This document shows, in pieces, positions 12,158-27,450 of a stretch of 64,000 nt of DNA. Each line of letters begins with the position of its first letter. Position 1 is the stretch's first letter. The DNA comes from Octopus sinensis (Eukaryota). Below the pieces are notes generated by a model. The model worked only from the letters and a program-made list of their open reading frames with translations, was not told the origin of the DNA and did not search any database. The stretch lies in the NCBI RefSeq assembly GCF_006345805.1, contig NC_043012.1, positions 20,398,001 to 20,462,000 of the forward strand, written 5' to 3'. The position numbers and the translations under genes were made by a program.

Positions 12158-14379
12158 CTGAGAAGTATTGTTTTAACTTTCTAGGTAATTATGTGCTTGT
12201 GTATGTATATGTGTGCGAGTGCGTGTGGAAACTAGTCTATACAGTATTTTTCTCTAGTAGGAAGTAGTATGCAGTTATATTTATAAATCCGAATTACAAT
12301 ATATGGTGAATGTGTATGAATTCTAGTTTGCAATTTTCTTTACAAATAAAATTATTCAATGCCGTTAGAAGCTTCTTAAATAAGTAATGTATATTTTAAT
12401 TAAAATCTAAAAAACATACATCAGAGTAATTAGTGAAAACGATCAAATATATAACAGGAATTGTTTTACTTGCAAATGGTTGGGTTGTAACATGTAACAC
12501 AGAAGGAATGGCAAAATGTAAAAAGCGTATGGAACGAGTATATCACACACGTATATGGTAACTGCAAAGCTTGGAAATTACTTATATTTTCACTCGTAAA
12601 AAAATGAAGAATTCTAAAATAGGGGTTTTAATTAAACTAATTAACAAGTTAAATAAATGGGATTGTATTTTGATTATGTGATAATTTGGTTCAGGACTGT
12701 GTAATGAGCCACATAGAGAGGATAATAAAATATAAAGTTCTAACGATGTTGGATTATTTCAGCATGAAGATAATATACCTGTAAGAACAAAGGAAGAATG
12801 GAGGTGCTTGCAAGCGCAAGCTCATATATAGAAGGAATAGTAAATAACTGCGGTAATAATAATACTTGGGTTTGAAGATACAAGTCGATAGCGATGGATG
12901 TACACGTGTAAAACGATATATCTACATATATACTTGCTAGAGTGAAAATTCCATACGAAAGAAATAATTTATTGTCTACTGTTTATGTTACTTCGTTTTC
13001 TTTAAGCACAGTTGAAATAGATATAGTTATTTCATTTATTCATAAGATTTCATCTCATAGCTTACGTGGTAAATTCTTATGACATAAACGTGCGCTTGGT
13101 GACTTTGGAGTTATAAAATATTAACAAAAGGCATAAAATCGCTTCCAAACACAAACGCATTACACATATGCACGCACATATAACCCATACGATGATAGGA
13201 ATGTATACACGTACAAATAACGTAAACTGTACATATTTTAAAATGTACATACATACACACAAACATACATATATATATGTGTGTGTGTATGTGTGTGTGT
13301 GTGTGTGTATACATAGATATCAAATGGATGTCTTATAAAACTATTCAGCACATGCAATACCAGCCATACCAACGAACCAACGCACCTCCATCATCAGCTG
13401 CCCCACTGATATCATTATGCTTTCGACACCTGTGCAGTACCATTCAATCCTGGAGTGTCAAATAGGGGTTGTTTGGGGACAAACGTACCTTAGATATCGA
13501 TATCATCACATTCATTCAATCTTAATTCTAGAAACAGAGAGTCTATGAGGATTGCTTAATACAGTTTTTGAAATGTAAAGGTGATTTTTAAATAATTTTT
13601 TTTTTATATTATGAAAAACTTTATGAGGATGTTACTAACCTTTTTAGGGAAGAAGCTATTTTCTAGATTGTAAGCGCTTTCATTAAAACTTTTCACACAC
13701 ACTTGCATTTAAAGAAGGGATTGTTATTTTTACATTTTTAAGTTATGTATGCAGTATGCGCAATAACCATGGCGTAACAAAGTAACAAAGTCACTTCATT
13801 TAATTATTTCGTATAAACAGTGACAGTGCAGAGCTGGCAAACATTTTGTTATGAAATTATGTCCATGTGAATTAAACAAACAGACAAACAAAGTTATACC
13901 TCTAAATACTCCACGTGATAGAAAAATATTATACAATTAGCACAATTTTTCTCCTTGCACCACTATGTAATCCGCTGTGTATTACATCTTCCGATTCCCA
14001 AAATTAATAGTAGTTATTCCACGGCATATAAAGCCGCTGTGCACAGCATAAAAAGGTTTATTTTTATATCACTTTACTTTACTTGTTTCAGCCAATGGAT
14101 AGCGATCATGCAGGACATTGCGTAGAATGGTTTAGTCGAACAAATCAGTCGCACCATTTATATATCTAGTACATATTGTATCATTTATCCTCGGCCGAAC
14201 AGCTACTCGAAGATATAAAAAGAGCAACATGTGTTACTAATTGGTAGTGGGGGCCAAACACAGTCACTCACACACATGCACACATACACACTCACACACG
14301 CTCACAAACATATACACACGTAGCTATAAACACACGTGCAGAAAGACGCAGACGCACGCACAAATATATGTATGTATAT

Positions 14380-14425
<46 letters not shown>

Positions 14426-14438
14426 ATATATGTATATA

Positions 14439-14797
14439 GGCGCAGGAATGACTGTGCGGTAAGTAGCTTGCTTACCAACCACATCGTCGAGGGTTCAGTC
14501 CCACTGTGTGGAACCTTGGACAAGTATCTTCGACTATGGCCTCGGGTCGACCAAACCTTGTGAGTGGTGTGAGCGGATTTGGAAGAAGTGAGTGGAAGAA
14601 GCCCGTCGGATATGTATATATATGTATATGTGTATGTTTGTGTGATTTTGTCCCCCCCCCTCCACAACATCGCTTGACAACTGATGGTGGTGTGTTTACG
14701 TCCCTGTAACATTAGCGGTTCGGCAAAAGAGACTGATAGAATAAGTCCTGGATCCATTTGTTCGACTGAAGGCGGTGCTCCAGCATGGCCGCAGTCA
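14439..14797 (+). mobile_element. tRNA-derived SINE, family B (CORE-like CCTTGGACAAGT)
   Basis: Head GGCGCAGGAATGACTGTGCGGTAAG, GGTTCAGTCCC B-box, internal TA/TG tract and 3' GGCGGTGCTCCAGCATGGCCGCAGTC. Colinear with 53881-54310. Confidence 0.9.
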
Positions 14798-14884
14798 TGT
14801 ATATATACATATACATACATATATGTATATATACATAAATGTATGTATATATGCATATACATACATATATACATATATACATAT

Positions 14885-14956
<72 letters not shown>

Positions 14957-15555
14957 CATATATATATGTGTGTGTGTGTGTGTGTATTGACCAAATTCAC
15001 TCTCGAGCTAATTATCGGCGTGCAGCTATGACAGACGACGCTTGTTCAATCTGCCACTCTTTCGGGCGAACCGTATCTGTCGCATTATATGTAATGCAAA
15101 GAAATTTAACTGTTTTAGAAAGGTAGTGAACAAATCATTGACTAAATTTTGCTGAGAACTTAAGGCTTGAGGTATGTAGAAGTTATATATACCAGCTGAG
15201 CTCGTATAAAACCGGGCAGTAAAATATTAGTTCGTCCAATCAAAATATTTAATCATGGCGATTAGTTTTAGTTCATTTAATTGAAAGGAAAAATCAATAT
15301 ATAGGAGTTATTCCCAAACGGTTGTAAGACTTCAAGTTAAATTATTCTAAATAACTTGAGATACTCGTTCTGCCTTAGTTTTGATTTTTCCTGTAATATA
15401 ATATAATATGATATGATACCAAGCATACCGTATCAACGTATCGGTTTAAATCTATATGATTAAGATTCCTAGATTCAGTGGGTTTTCGCAAGCCTTTGTC
15501 GACAAACTACAAGTGTTAAGTTCTTCTATTGAATATTTTCATTGTAAAATAATAA

Positions 15556-15643
15556 AGAAAAGAAGGAGAAGAAGAAGAAGAAGAAGAAGAAGAAGAAAAA
15601 GAAGAGAAGAAGAAGAAGAAGAAGAAGAAGAAGAAGAAGAAGA
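15556..15643. repeat. (GAA)n microsatellite
   Basis: Seen directly. Confidence 0.95.
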
Positions 15644-16369
15644 ATACAGCATTGCAAATATTAGTATACTATATTATTATTATTCATCACTTGGTAATAC
15701 AAGTATTTTTATTAATATTGTTATTATGATATGTGACATCGTTATATAAAAAATCAATATTAGTATTAGAATTATATTACAGCTACGTAAATCACATCTA
15801 ACAAAATAACATCATATTTTCTTGGTTCTTTGTCACGTGACTCTTTTCGTGGCCAGTGTGTCATATCAAAGATGTTTATGCAATTAAATCCTAATCCTCT
15901 CTGACTCAACAAACCTACAATGAATGAACTTCGGGCCATGATATTTTCTACTTTAGTTTTCACAGAAAGTATATCTTGGACTTCCTTATCCAATGTGACC
16001 TTCTACTAATATAAGAATGGTGTGATTTTAGAGCGATATGCTTCTTATTTCTAGATCAATATCCCGAATCCAGAAACCCCTGTTAGCTAAGCGTACTTTT
16101 GTCATGTCTCCCCTTTACTTTTGATCTCTCTGTCTCTCTCTCTCTCTCCATCTCTTTCTCCTCTTTGACTGTGCTTTTCAATCTCCCTAACTCTGTTCCC
16201 TACGTAACTTGACTTGTATTATTCTTCCATATAGGCTTGACCACCAAGTCCGCAACCAATTCACATAATATGCAAGGCCAGTTCACATTGCCGTAGCGAG
16301 AGACTATTCTCTCTCGAAAGCACACCCGCCTCTCTTGCGGTTTGACCAGTTTTCTCATTTTGTTGGAAC

Positions 16370-16763
16370 CATGTGTGAGGTCTACTTTGAATGGCCTTCA
16401 CGTTCCCCTGACGTGACTAGCCCGGATTTTTTTCTTGTAGAGATACCTGAAAGAGAGGCCTTACGTCAACAACTGGAGAACCTGGTGCAACTGAAGGAGA
16501 ACATAAGGAAATCAGAGACGTGGAGTCTGATACTCTTGAGGGTTTTATGGTGCAAGTTTTGGAAAGAACATAGGCGTGCGTAGCCGAAAATGGCCTCCAT
16601 TTAAGCGATGTCATTTTTCATATGTAACAGTGTTGCGAAATTTGGCATGTGCATATTAATGTCCATTATGTTCTTTTTGTATCAAAATGTCATGCATTTA
16701 CTTGGAAAGGTAAGGAAGTTACTAAAAATTGAAACCCATCAGTGACTTTAGGGACAGCCTTTA
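16370..16763 (+). mobile_element. Tc1/mariner-superfamily transposase 3' fragment
   Basis: WPSRSPDVTSPDFFL matches the WPxRSPDLxPxDFFLW motif, followed by frameshifted YLKER and LKENIR. Ends in a degenerate TIR-like sequence. Confidence 0.7.
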
Positions 16764-17109
16764 CTTATGCCAATTACACTAGGAAAATTGGAACAATTCC
16801 TAGAAAGAAACGTGAATGAAAACAATTTCCATAACATAATCCTTCGTTTATTTTCTTTGATATTCCTTATAGGATTTGTATGAAATACGTACTCTAGCTC
16901 ATGGCCTTCGCGGGAAATAGTGAGATTTACGTAGCCATGCATTTACTTGCAAAGTCGACACTGCTGCAAGGAAAAAAATCCTGCCCAGGCACAAAAGCAT
17001 GTTGGCAATACAAGATGCAGGTAAATCGGAACGATGCGAAAAGATGTTGCACGGGATCCGACAACTTGGAGTAGTGGAATGTAATGTAGTAGAAATAGAT
17101 AATTAGTAA

Positions 17110-17340
17110 GGCGGCGAGCTGGCAGAAACGTTAGCACACCGGGCGAAATGCTTGGCAGTATTTCGTCTGGCGTTACGTTCTGACCGAGTTTGACTTTGCC
17201 TTTCATCCTTTCGGGATCGATAAATTAAGTACCAATTACGCACTGAGCTCGATGTAATCGACTTAATCCCTTTGTCTGTCCTTGTTTGTACCCTCTATGT
17301 TTATTCCCTTGTGGGCAATAAAGAAATAAGAAATAAATAA
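17110..17340 (+). mobile_element. SINE family A
   Basis: GGCGGCGAGCTGGCAGAAACGTTAGC head, core, and tail CCCTTTGTCTGTCCTTGTTTG...AATAAAGAAATAA. Confidence 0.9.
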
Positions 17341-19499
17341 TGCTGAAAGAGGATACAGCGCAACAGTAGAGCATTCGCTGATGTATATTGACTGGTCTGT
17401 ATTTGGATGAGACAAAGGGTTTTTGTGCGCTTAGGAGCATCACCATCCAATATAAGAACCATATTTCATTATAGGACTCATCAAAGCTTTATTTGGATAG
17501 TGGTTGTTGAAGATTAGAATATTTTCTGTCCCTGAAGGCGGAGATGCAAAGTAATAATTATTTTATAATTCATTAATTACCCAGTAGAAGCAGCAAGCTG
17601 ATAGACTCGTTTGTGCGTCGAACAAAACGCTTCATGACATTTCTTCTTGTTCTTTATATTCTGATTTCAAATTTCACCGAAGTCGACTTAGAATCGCTTT
17701 TTATTTTTCCAGAATCGCTAAAATAAGAATCAGTAAAGCAGTGGATTCAATGTAATTGCCTAGCATCCTACTCTAAATTTTAAGCATTGTCCATATAGGG
17801 CAAAAATTGAATTACGTACTAAACCAGTAACAGCTTCTTCAACGGCAAAAGTATGTGATATCTGCCCATAGTTTTGATACAGAAGACATACTGCAATATA
17901 TTTTTCTTAATAATTTGTTATATTTCTTATTTTATACTTTCTTATAAAATATATATATTAAAATTGAATTATGAAACTTTCTGGAATGATTTCTATTTTG
18001 TAATTTATTTTCACTCTTCTAGACATACTGCTAGTCTTTATATAAATACACGTTCTGACTTATAACATTCTAATTACGTTGCGGTAAATAATTATGTTTT
18101 TGTTATAGTCTATCAAAACATCATTATATTAATATACGCTTTGGCATGTTTTTTGATAAAATAAGTAGAAACATTACCATGATGCAATATTATGTTATTT
18201 AAACAAGGAAGACTTTAATAGAATATACTCTTTTAATATCATAAAAATACTTTCATTCCAAAAATGGCTGTGGAATTAAATTCCATATGATCATAATATT
18301 GCCTACAAATTATATTACAAGACCTCCAATGGATTTGTATGAAAAAACTCTTTCCGAAACTAGACAAGAGCTTGCTGAGTTTGTGAACGATAACTTTATT
18401 TCTTAAAATATCTACTATTCTTGATATATTTGGGGGACTGTAATTCAGTCTTGACATGCTGTATCTAAATGTTATTTATCAGACGTGTGGGTGATTTTAT
18501 TACCGATTTTATGAGTAAGAAGATTTACTGATAGTTTGATCGGTTACTCACACGCTATATTTTCGGGAAACTAGGGGCATAATGAAGAAGTAAAAAAGGC
18601 ATGTGTCACTGAGAAATGACAAATGAGTTCTTCTGCGGAAGCGAACACTCCAAGAAATTTGGTAATGTATTATTACATTTGCAATGTTAAAAAAAATGGT
18701 GTAACAACTCTCAAAAATAAATAATGAATATGCAATAGAGATCTTTAAATTTAAAGGAAAAGCAGGAGTGCAAAAGAAAATAACAGTAAAGAACGAAAAT
18801 AAAATCACGTACATAACATTAGAAGCCTAATAATTTTCTGACACTATTTGTCACGTTCTTGTAATCTCTGTTTTCATTTTCTATTACCATTGTACATTTC
18901 TATAAAAAAGAAAAAAAAGGAATGAAAAACCTTTTCCTCTTTCTCCTCTTGGATGGTGATAAATGTTTATTTCCTTCAGTATGAGCAATCAAGCCTTAAA
19001 CAGAGACCTAGGACTGTATAATTATAATATAAAAAAGCGTACGATGCGTTGTAATTAAACGTATAATGGCAAAAGTTGATACACAAATCTTAACAAAAGT
19101 CGTATAATGAAATTTAATATAAAAATCGAAATGAAATAACTAATTTGATATGGAAATACAAAATAAAAATAATGGAAGTGAAGTAGACGCGCATTTGTCT
19201 TTTCGTAATTATAAACAAACCGCATATCGATAATAATTAATGAAATTATAACGAGACAGCAACGTAGTTTATGCTTTTCTTTATACGAGGTTAGAAGTAC
19301 CTTCATTCAAGTGTTTTATTTAGGTCTTGTTCTCGGTGTCTGTTTATTTTGATATACATATTTACAAGCGCACACAAGTACACAGAAACAAAGACACAAG
19401 TAGATAGACATATAGCTAAGTAAATATGTACATATGTAGTATTCACTTATATATAGATATATACACATACATATATATACATCTATATACGTATATATG

Positions 19500-19550
<51 letters not shown>

Positions 19551-22471
19551 TTATATATATATATACATTTATATATATATATACATGTGTCTATATATAT
19601 ACATGTATATATACATATATAAATATATATATATGCACGTCTATATATATATATATATATAAACTTACTTGGAGGAAACGAAACGAAACGACGCGAGGGC
19701 GCTTAGTCATACAATAGTGTAATAAATAAAATATATGCATACATACATACATATATGTACGTATCTACATCTACATGTATATATACATGCATATATAAAT
19801 ATATGTATACGTGAGTACAGGACACCACAAATAGACGTAGAACTCAAGAGAAACGAAAACGTAAAAACCAACATTGAAACGGACCTTTTTTTAACAACGA
19901 AAAAACAGAGTACAAGACAAACAACACAAGGAAAATTCCCCTACATCAGCTGTCCCTAGTATGACTCCATGCGTGTTTCGAAGGTGAGGACAGAACACGA
20001 CTCGTCGAACTAACCCTTCCTGCGAAAGAATTAAATAAAATTACTTCGCAGAGGGGTAAAAACAAGGAAAGAAAAAATGTGACAAAAACAGGACGTAAAA
20101 ACGATACAAATAAAATTACAAATTAAAATACAAAATAAAATACAAAATAAAATACAAAATAAAAATACAATTACAAAAAAAAACAGTACAAGAAATAAAA
20201 ACAAACAAGAAAACAAACAATGAGGGCCTTTTTTGGCCTAGACGAGGAAAGATTCTTAAGAGCGCAGGAAGAACGTGTCTTCACTGTAAGGAGGCCGCAA
20301 GCGATAGGAAGTAGTCGCCCGGCTGTGAGAGAGATGAGGATGAGTGAGAGAGAGAGAGATAGAGGAAGACAAGGAAGGAAGGGAAGGTCAAGCAATGGGT
20401 TATAGAGTTTCGCGTCATAATATATATAAATGTATATACGAATATATATAAATATATATATATATATACACACATATATATATATATATACACACACAAA
20501 CACATGCGCACACATATGTATCTATACATGTATATTTGAGTGTGTGTGTACGTGTGAGCGTGTGTGTGTGCGCGCGCAGAATGTATAATTCTTGCTTAAT
20601 GAGTGCATTACTATTGAAGCCTCTTACACTCACCTAGCGTTCACTAATTATTACATATCGTGCGCCATTTCGTTTCTCATCTGCTGTATGCACAAGTTTT
20701 AAGGCATTACAAATCAACCTTTGTACTATATATATTTAAGCCTATTAATTCTATCTTTAAAAATTCTTTAAAAATAAAGTGTTAGATGCATAAAAATATA
20801 TATATGAAAAATAATGCATGTAGCTGCAAGTAGTATCTTAATGACACGATGTTTATAAAAGTTTGCTTCAAAAGCATATTTGCTGGTCGATCGTCGATAG
20901 CTTGTACAAGTGTTATGTTCAGTAAACTCAGACTGACATAACTTATGAATGAATTTTGGGAGGAAGCATTAAACAAGAAAGAATTGTGCAGTGTATCTGT
21001 GATTTAAAAGCTGCAGTTTTGTAACGTTGATGTTACTTGAGACTTACCATGTTTGCACGGTCGTTGGAATGCTTAGTAACACGTATATTCAGAAGCAGGT
21101 ATCAACGTTGAATTCTCATCATCATATGGATATATACAGTATTTGAAGCTCACTGTGAATAGTAACTTGGGGGAACTTATTCTTCTACAATATTTATTGA
21201 AAATGTAATCAGGATGCTGGAGATAAACACCAGAAGAGAAAAGTAACAGTTAAAAAGTTCTTAAAATGTGTACGTTGTTTGGTACATTCAACTACACATA
21301 TGATGATACATGAAATTATGTGTGTTAACCTGCAATTTACTATACAATATGTTAAAATTTTGCTCCAGCTGTTGCAAGTCGAAAAATACAAGAACGATAT
21401 ATAAAAGGGAGAAGGTCCTAGCGATGCAACGTTTTGGGGATTAAAGTCAACGAATAGCGGTTAATGACAGCCAAACGTATTGCACACAACACGATTTTGT
21501 GTAATGAGTATGCATCAAAGAGGTAACTGACAGCCCAGCAACCATTAACAAATGCCATTATAGTAGTATGAGAAGAGAGAGTGAGAGAGATAGAGAGAGA
21601 TAATGTGTGTGAGTGCGAGGAAAGGAGGATAGCTTATCTGTGTCTTAGAGTAGGAGTGTTCTGTGATCAATTTTATGTTAATCACTCGTGTGAATTGTCA
21701 CTGGATGCGAACTAGAATGACCAAGCACGTAGGTATAATCCACATCAAGATGTGGAGCAATACTTCATTGCAGATATTGTTCTTACAAAAACCTATGTTC
21801 TCCTTTTCTTCTTCAAACCAAACGTTTTAGACTATACATTCATGTAGTGATCTAATGAGTTTGAAACCAACCCGAATTTATTGCAGCAGATACTAAAATT
21901 AAGATTTAGTTTCCATAGCACATATCTATTCAATAATATTCAATTTAAATTTGGAGTTCACTTCTTCTCTTTCCTCACCTGCCTTTATAATAATAACCAT
22001 TAGCGCGGAGAGTATATTTTCGCTCACAACATACTTGTTACCCTGTACTTTAACTAAATGGTTTGGTTCGTTGGGTGTTCCATTTCTTCAATCCCAGACA
22101 GCTCATAGCGCAAAGACAGCATGTAAACAACTATCCCTGTCTTTACAATTGTGCCAAGCTGATTCGAATATATATTTAGTTGGTGAAATAAGACGCAAAC
22201 AATATTTAGAAAGTTGGTATAGTAGATTTTTTTGTTAAAATTGGAATAGTTGCCGTTAGTGAAAAATCAACGATCACGTGTAGAGATAAATTGAATGAGA
22301 TGTCCTATGAGTAGCGATACGATAATAATAAAATATGGAGAGCTCTTTCCATTTTGTAAAGAAATACTGCTAGCAGTTAGTGATATCATACAGTTAACAA
22401 CGAAATTTTATGAGCAGATTTACCCATCATGCAATCCTTCATATTGTTGTAATTCATAATAACAGCAGCAA

Positions 22472-22472
22472 A

Positions 22473-22528
<56 letters not shown>

Positions 22529-22676
22529 TTTTAATAATAATAATAATAATGGGGAGGAGGAGGGGGAAAAGGAGAAATTAGGGGTAGTAGAGAGGGAGGG
22601 GATAATAATGATAGTAATACTAAACGTATTGCTATTACTATTATCATCATCATTATTACTATTATTATTAGTAGTA

Positions 22677-22710
<34 letters not shown>

Positions 22711-22772
22711 CAGCAGCAGCAGCAGTAGTAGTCGTCGTCGTCGTCGTCGTCGTCGTAGTAGTAGTAGTAGTA

Positions 22773-22803
<31 letters not shown>

Positions 22804-22825
22804 TGTTGTTGTTGTTGTTGTTATT
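22472..22825. repeat. compound (AAT)n/(GTA)n/(GCA)n/(GTC)n/(GTT)n trinucleotide array
   Basis: Seen directly. Confidence 0.95.
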
Positions 22826-23543
22826 AGCATTAGCGTTAGTATATTATATTTTTATAGTTTTTAAGCTAATAATATCTATATAATATATTACAATAATCTC
22901 TGAAATGACAAAGGAGATATTTTGATAAATTTATTTCCGTAGGACGAGGAGAACATTACTTTCAGTGAAAATTCACATTTGGCATTTACTGGAAAATATG
23001 AATGCTTAATCACTCGTCGTTCACCGACTGGAAAAATAAATAGTTAATGTCCCTAACATTTATATTTGAGTGGATTTAATGCTTGTAAGAACGCGAAAGA
23101 CTTTCTCTGTCCTTTGCAGTAATCTATCTGCATTAAGATGTTGATTTCATGTTACAGGAACCGCATGCGTTATGCAGTTCTATTCTTCAAGCATCACAGT
23201 TTTCTTTCGTAAAAGTTTCAGCCACTAATATATGTATGTATATGTGTATATATATACATACATATATATATATATATAATATATATATATATACATATAT
23301 ATATATGTGTATGTATATATATATGTATATATATATACATACATATATATGTATATGTATATATATATATGTATATATATATACATATATATATATATGT
23401 ATATATATATATGAGAATTGTTGCACACGCTCATACATACTTTAAGAAATATAATGAAATAATGGTAAGCTGCCAAGTAAATTATGACTTCGTAAGTAAA
23501 TAAGTTCAATGCATTATGTTTTCATGAGTGCGTGGACACTCCC

Positions 23544-23580
<37 letters not shown>

Positions 23581-25104
23581 TATTCTCACTCAACACATAC
23601 ACAGACACACTCACACACACATGTATGAGTGCGTAGTAATTTTATATTCGGGTAGACACTTTATAGATTGCTGTTTCAAGCCATTCTACAATATTCGGCT
23701 AACTAATATCAACAACAGCTTTGAGGTATATATCACAGGGTGTAGAAATTCCTTTGTATCCGTAGGGTGTATATAAGGAGATGAGAAACAGAAAATGGTG
23801 TTCTTGTGACTCCTTATACAAAACCACCACAATCATTTGCACTCATCGTACAGATGAGATGCTGTACAATCAATTTTAGGTGAAGGTGCATTATAAGTAC
23901 AGAGGCGTTTCCTCAGCTAACTTTTCAAATAAGTACGTCATTTTATACTTGCCATTTCGCGTATTTCTATAACAACACATTTTAATTAGTGTAGCGTTCA
24001 ATCCGTCTCGTTAATGAAGAAAGTCAATACATATTCGAAACAAGAAATCCAAGAAAACACTGAAAAATCTCCGCAGCAGAGGAATACACACACTACATAG
24101 AAACACATTCTTATGTCCACACATGGCAAGCATTTACACTGGCCACAAATACGAAAGTCTCCGATCTTAAATATAAATGCACATATTCAGGCGTTTTTAT
24201 ACTGACAATATATATACTAGTTCTTCATTACCAGACGTTTTATCCAAAAGGTATATATTCATAATTTAAAGAAAGGTAACGAAATACATTGCAATGTTTT
24301 CCATAGGGTCACTCAACCGAATCTGCAATCCACTAAATTTTCTTAATATAATTTCATACGTAGATACAGGACAACGAATTTGTGGTGAATATTATGCAGT
24401 CATAGGTTTATGGAAGGAGCTACACTCGATTAAACCTAAATTTATATTGGATGTTTCATATTTTGTTTATTCTGGAACTCTGTAAATCACAATCGGAAAT
24501 GGCCAAGGAATTTTATTACGTATAAAATCAAACAATTCTGATACCTTTCCAAACACAAAAAAAAAAATCTGAGGGGGATAATAGAAACTACTTCCGGTAA
24601 ATTCAAACTGAGAAGATATTGGTAAAAGAACGATATATAATACGAATTTTTACTAGTGAATCAATAGATACATGGAATCTATGGTATTGATTTTCAAGTT
24701 AAAATTCATACAGAGATGTACTTGAGCATAACAATTTTACAGTAAAGAGGAACTGAAAATAAAATGGATAAAATATAAACATCTATCGATTCAAGTACCA
24801 TTAATTTGCTTTGTGTATGAGTTGAGAAAATAGTTACGAGACTACATATTTTAGGTTCTAAAATTTTAAGGAGAGTTTACTGCAACTGTGAAGTAACCAG
24901 TACTGAGGAGGGACGTTTATGTTAATTATTCGATAATAATACTAGATTATATCAAAAAATCAATGGCTGGTTTTGATTTCTTTCAAATAAAAAAGCTGTC
25001 CATACATTTATAGTTATTATAGTATATTCGTGAAATATTACTCTAAAAGGAGATTGCTGTATGTGTCACTGTAATTTATTAATAACATGATATCTCTAAT
25101 AATT

Positions 25105-25595
25105 TATATATGTTTCAGTTATTTGACGTCGGTCATGTTGACCAAACGGCCTGGAAGAATTTTTAATCGAATGAACACTTTTTCTTTTAATCCTTTTAAT
25201 TCTTTTAATGTACACATTTTCTTTTAATCCTGGTAATAATCGCATCGGTTTTTTTGTCTCACTGCTAAGATACGGGGACGTAAACACACCAACACCAATT
25301 GTCAAGTGGTGGTTGAGCACGAATATAGATACAAACACACTACACACACGTATTCATTCATACATAGATATATATTTATATGTGTGTGTGGTGTGTGCGT
25401 GTGTGTGTGTATATATATATGTATGTATAACTACAATGGGCTTCTGTCAGTTTCCATTTACCAAATCCGCTCAGAAGGCTTTGATCGGCCAGAGGCTATA
25501 GTAGGAAAAGTTGCTCAAGTTGCCACGTAGTGGAAGTGAACACGGAATCGTGTCGTAAGGGAACAAGCTTCTTACCATACTGTTGTGCCTGTACC
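25105..25595 (-). mobile_element. SINE family B, diverged
   Basis: Colinear with the reverse complement of 53881-54310, including the internal microsatellite. Confidence 0.8.
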
Positions 25596-25609
25596 TATAT
25601 ATAAGTGTT

Positions 25610-25933
25610 AAAGATACCCATCGGTATGACCATGCGAAAATTATCCTCCGAAGTACAAGCCTGTGCAAGTGTGTTTATGGAAGACAAGCAGTTGCCCATG
25701 CATACCGGCCTTCCCTCTCCACACTACTGGTGTTACCCAAAGGAAAGACAAAAGCAAATACAGCCTGGTACCAGCCAGTGACATCGCAACTCATTTCTAC
25801 AGCTGAATGAACTGGAATAACGGGATAAAAAGTGTCTTGCTGAAGTACACGACACACAGCCTGATCCGGAATCGAACTCAATACAATATGATTGTGAGAC
25901 CAACGCTCTCACCAGCGAACCATGTGCCTTCAC
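25610..25933 (-). mobile_element. tRNA-derived CORE-type SINE, family D
   Basis: Minus strand reads GTGAAGGCACATGG...GAGTTCGATTCC, then CTTCAGCAAGACACTTT...CAGCTGTAGAAATGAG (CORE-like). Confidence 0.7.
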
Positions 25934-25940
25934 CCATATG

Positions 25941-25973
<33 letters not shown>

Positions 25974-26361
25974 GTGTTTGTTTGTGTATGTGTGCTTGCA
26001 TGCGTATGTGTGTGTATCAGTTGATAAAGTTAAAACATAGTCTGGTTTTCACGTTTTTATTATGGTATATTAACAAAATTAGCGCTTTCTTACATAGTGT
26101 ACTCATATGACAACTTTAGTACCGCTTAGAACACTCCAACCAGTTCAGTTTTTAGAATACCCTTCTGATCAATCCGCATGCTCTTAAACATCACTCTTTG
26201 CCAAGCGTACCGATATTGTGTAGGTTGTCTATATTTATATATCCATATCATTAACTTTATTCTACTGATATATTATACTATACACATTCACACAAATTCG
26301 AAACTATGAACGCCACGCATCCACTTCCAAGTAAGTTTTATCTTAATATATACACACATAT

Positions 26362-26424
<63 letters not shown>

Positions 26425-26515
26425 TCATGTGCATGTACATATATATATGTATGTGTGTGTGTGTGTTTGTGTGTGTACATGGATATATATATACATATAC
26501 ATACATATATACATG

Positions 26516-26554
<39 letters not shown>

Positions 26555-27329
26555 GAACTTTAGATTTTCTCATATGGCAAAAGCTGTAAAAACATCCTAT
26601 ATGTCCAGTACTTCCGTGTATCGGTTTCCCAGTAGCGTGTTTCACTTTAGCCCTCCTGAAAGGGAAATACGGAAGAGAGATAACCATGGGCAGATTCAAA
26701 ATCTCAGATCGTCTTCTAAGATAAAAGTTACAAAAACGTCGCTCTCTCTTTCTCTCTCTCTCTCTCTCTCACCCTTGGCCTCTTTCCTCTCTCCCTGCTG
26801 CTGTCACATGACACGTGGCCAGCTCTGTTTTCTTTTTCTACCCTTCTTACACAGGTCACGTAACTGACCAGTCCTAAATTCTCGGTTTCCCACAGGTATA
26901 TGTCTTTTTATTTCTATCCTTTAGGTTGTCACTCTAAACGTTACTCACAATTCCTGTCAAAATATAACCTCAGGGCTATATTTTGCTCGTTTCTTATTTC
27001 GCATTTGTCTTATTTCGTATTTGTCCTTCGACTGTCATCATAAAATTACGTTTATTCACTTTCATATGTCTACTCTGTATCAGTTCTAATCCATGTACCG
27101 TTTGCTCTCGACTCAATATTCTCCGCAAATTTTGCGGGCACCGCCCGCATGTGTTGCCTGTCATTCTCATTATTAATGGTACGAAACTGAGAAGTATTAG
27201 GTACCTTCTGTATCTGTCTTCCCTCCATTTATGCATTGAATATACGTCATACGATTTTTACTTGTTTGTATATTTCCAAAACATTTTCAATTTATCAAGT
27301 AACGGAGCACAAGGCACCCTGGCCTCTAT

Positions 27330-27409
<80 letters not shown>

Positions 27410-27450
27410 CATACATACATACTACATACATACATACATACATACATATA

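Noticed and set aside
19930-20010. Hammerhead-like words on the minus strand (CGAAAC...CTGATGT)
   Set aside because: The core is mismatched and consistent helices cannot be drawn. It may be a decayed repeat, but this copy alone does not support a call.
26855-26895. Possible 41-nt plus-strand micro-exon
   Set aside because: The donor is weak (GTATAT), the length is not a multiple of three and there is no partner exon.
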